A DNA stretch of 63,460 nt, the filler included, from Octopus bimaculoides (Eukaryota): assembly GCF_001194135.2 (NCBI RefSeq). It is 8 parts of 8 records of this genome, joined end to end, with 100 filler letters (N's around TTAATTAATTAA, not from the genome) between each part and the next. Parts side by side here need not be neighbours in the genome. Positions count along the whole stretch, not along the records: positions 55,175 to 60,562 come from NC_068981.1; positions 60,663 to 63,460 come from NC_069001.1; 6 more parts are not named here. One strand, given 5' to 3'. Below, piece by piece: positions 60,553 to 63,460 of the stretch (positions within the stretch are counted from its first letter, which is position 1; each line of letters starts with the position of its first letter). The notes under the pieces were generated by a model that saw only the letters and a program-made list of their open reading frames with translations, was not told where the DNA came from and did no database searches. A program made the translations under genes and the position numbers.

Positions 60553-60662
60553 TAATATATATNNNNNNNNNNNNNNNNNNNNNNNNNNNNNNNNNNNNNN
60601 NNNNNNTTAATTAATTAANNNNNNNNNNNNNNNNNNNNNNNNNNNNNNNNNNNNNNNNNNNN

Positions 60663-61533
60663 GTGGTGGTGGTGGTGGTGGTGGTGGTGGTGGTAGTGGT
60701 ACGATGGGCCGTGATGGTGATGGTGGTGGTTATGATTGTGGTAGTGATGCTGGTGGTAGAAGTGGTTGTAGTGGTGCTTGTTGGAGTAGTGATTGTTGTG
60801 GTACTGGTAGTAGTCGTGCTGGTGGTAGTAGTGGTTGTAGTGATGGTGGTGGTAGTAGCAGTGCTGGTGGTTGTAGTAGTAGTAATGCTGATGGTAGTAG
60901 TAGTTGTAGTGGCTGTAGTAGTGCTGGTGGTTTAGGCTGTAGTGGTGCTGGTGGTTGTAGTTGTGGTAGTAGTTGTGCTGGTGGTTGTGGTTGTAGTTGT
61001 GGTAGTAGTTGTGCTGGTGGTAGTAGTGGTTGTAATGATGGTGGTGGTAGTAGTGGTGCTAGTGGTTGTGGTAGTAGTGGTGCTGATGGTAGTAGTAGTC
61101 GTAGTAGTTGTAGTAGTGCTGGTAGTTTAGGCTGTAGTGGTGCTGGTGGTTGTAGTTGTGGTAGTAGTTGTGCTGGTGGTAGTAGTGGTTGTACTGGTGC
61201 TGTTTGTAGTATTGGCTATAGTGGTGCTGGTAGTAGATGTGCTTGTAGTGGTGCTGGTGGTTGTGGTTGTGGTTGTAGTGGTGCTGGTGGTAGTAGTGCT
61301 TGTAGTGGTGTTGTTGGTTTAGGTTATTGTGGTGCTAGTAATTGTGGTTGTAGTGATTGCTGGTAGTTGTGGTTGCTGTGGTGCTGGTGGTAGAAGTGGT
61401 TGTGGTGGTGGTGGTGCTGGTGTTGGTATAGGTTGTAGTGGTGCTGGTGACTGGTGCTTGTGATGTGGTGTTGCTGTGGTGGCAGTAGAGGTAGTGGTTT
61501 TGATGATGGTAGTAGTGGTGGTGGTGGTGGTGT
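60663..61533. repeat. Degenerate (GGT/AGT/GCT/TGT)n array with higher-order duplications
   Basis: TTTAGGCTGTAGTGGTGCTGGTGGTTGTAGTTGTGGTAGTAGTTGTGCTGGTGG at about 60931 and 61126. Confidence 0.9.
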
Positions 61534-61962
61534 CCAACGAGTCGGGATCAATCCGAACTGAAGTAGGCAGTCACGTTGCGTTTATTTAAAGTTGTTTCGA
61601 CTCGAAAAAAAATAAATAAATAAATAAATAAAACAAAAAAACAAACAAAACAACATAAGTACTTAAAACAAAGCAAAAAGAGACAATGAATTATAATAAA
61701 ATGCACAAATAAACACACAGAAACAACAACAGCAATAAAAAGAAAAGTAAAACAAAACAAAGAGAACTAACAAAAAGAAAACCAGAAACCTCAAGCTCGC
61801 ATGCGCACGCAGCCGTTGGCATTTTCCAAAGAACTATTTTTATTTTTTCGCAACTTATAACACCCAACACCACCAGCCACCATTTATATTTGTTGCAGAA
61901 TTGACTTTCATCATTAATATGGCTTCACCTTGTTCATATAACAACAATGATAATAATAATGA

Positions 61963-61996
<34 letters not shown>

Positions 61997-62617
61997 GATG
62001 ATCTACTTGTAACAACAGTGAAAGGGTTATTATCCAAGAAATATTACTTGTTCCAACAACTCGTAGCTTCTCCTCCATCAAAGAGGCAGACGATCATCTG
62101 CCATGGAATAAAAATAAATGCCAAAATGAAATAAAAAAGGAATAATTATAATTGTTAATATTTCTATTATATTGAAGCAATACGAAACGCTTTGTAATTG
62201 CCAAAGATTACAATTGTATTGTGTTATGCTGTATTGTGTGGCGCATATTGCCATAACACGTGTTTAAAATAAATATAATTAATATTGAGTTGCCGTAAGC
62301 TTGAAACTTGGTTTAATAAAATTTCTTTTTTTTTTTTTTTTTTTTTTTTTTGCGATAATGATGCCATTTTCTCTTGCATTTCGGGTTTCTAATCCAGCTG
62401 CTACCAAGTTCACTTTCACTCAAGACGCATAAAGACTGACCTTAAGATAATGCAGTTTTTTTGTTTATGTTATTGCAATTAATTTATTGATATTATATTT
62501 TTGTCTACAAAAAGCCCCAAAGGCAACCAGGAGTAAGAAGGAAATTAGAAAACTAACATGGACACGCAACACGCGCACACACGAGCGCACGCGCATTTTC
62601 AAAGGCTATTGATATAT

Positions 62618-62785
62618 AGGTACTGGTGTAGCAGTTTGGTTGGAAGCTTGCTTCTCAATCATGTGGTCTGGGTTCCGTCCTACTGCACAGTGCCTTGAGC
62701 AAGTGTTTTCTATTATAGCTACAGATCAACCGAAAGCCTTCTGAGTGGATTTGGTAGACGAATAGAAACTGAAAGAAGCCCGCCG
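62618..62785 (+). mobile_element. SINE family A head, diverged
   Basis: CCTTGAGCAAGTG...GAGTGGATTTGGTAGACGAATAGAAACTGAAAGAAGCCCG. Confidence 0.75.
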
Positions 62786-62819
<34 letters not shown>

Positions 62820-62928
62820 TACATATAGGAGTATGTGCGTGTATTTGTGTTTGTGAATGTGTGTATGTGTGTGCGTTATATATGTACTTACATGTATGTA
62901 TATATATTTGTACATATGCGTGTGTGTG

Positions 62929-62931
<3 letters not shown>

Positions 62932-62971
<40 letters not shown>

Positions 62972-63005
62972 AGAGAGGGAAAGAGAGAGAGAGAGAGAGC
63001 GGAGA

Positions 63006-63051
<46 letters not shown>

Positions 63052-63290
63052 CAGAGAGAGAGAGACAGACAGAGAGACAGAGAGAGATAGACAGAGAGAG
63101 AGATAGACAGAGAGAGAGACAGAGAGAGACAGAGAGACAGAGACAGAGAGAGAAAGAGAGAGACAGAGAGAGAGATAGACATAGAGAGAGAGATAGACAG
63201 AGAGAGAGAGACAGACAGAGAAAGAGAGGCAGACAGAGAAAGAGAGGCAGACAGAGAGAGAGACAGACAGACAGAGAGAGATAGAGAGAA

Positions 63291-63326
<36 letters not shown>
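62932..63326. repeat. (AG)n/(AGAC)n array followed by (TG)n
   Basis: Direct reading. Confidence 0.95.
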
Positions 63327-63330
<4 letters not shown>

Positions 63331-63460
63331 AAGACGTGCGAGTGTACGAGTTCAGAAAAGCAGTGTTGATTCATCATCGCTTGAGTGAACGTTCGAAACC
63401 TCGTCCGTCCGTCCGTTCTTACAATTACACGAGATTGCCTAGAACAAACGATATTTAATT

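Overview
Gappy (roughly 15% N) eukaryotic, repeat-dominated DNA. The tRNA-derived SINE families and very high microsatellite load match my recollection of octopus (coleoid cephalopod) genomes; this is inference, not a database match. Seven 100-bp N44-TTAATTAATTAA-N44 linkers show the window is eight joined scaffolds. I find no host protein-coding gene that I can support, and nearly all listed ORFs are microsatellite or N read-throughs. Supported content: about 40 SINE copies in 5-6 families, three RTE-clade LINE relics, five R4/Dong-like non-LTR fragments, two Penelope-like (PLE) GIY-YIG relics, one hAT transposase fossil reconstructable across nested insertions, a TTAA-flanked piggyBac-like MITE, other inverted-repeat elements and a strong TATA-less promoter candidate near 51.0-51.3 kb. 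The most interesting signal is a set of hammerhead ribozyme motifs of different architectures. One of them (minus strand, 32990-33063) has its three strands in a non-circularly permuted, pseudoknotted order. Coordinates of degraded repeats are approximate (+/-20 bp).
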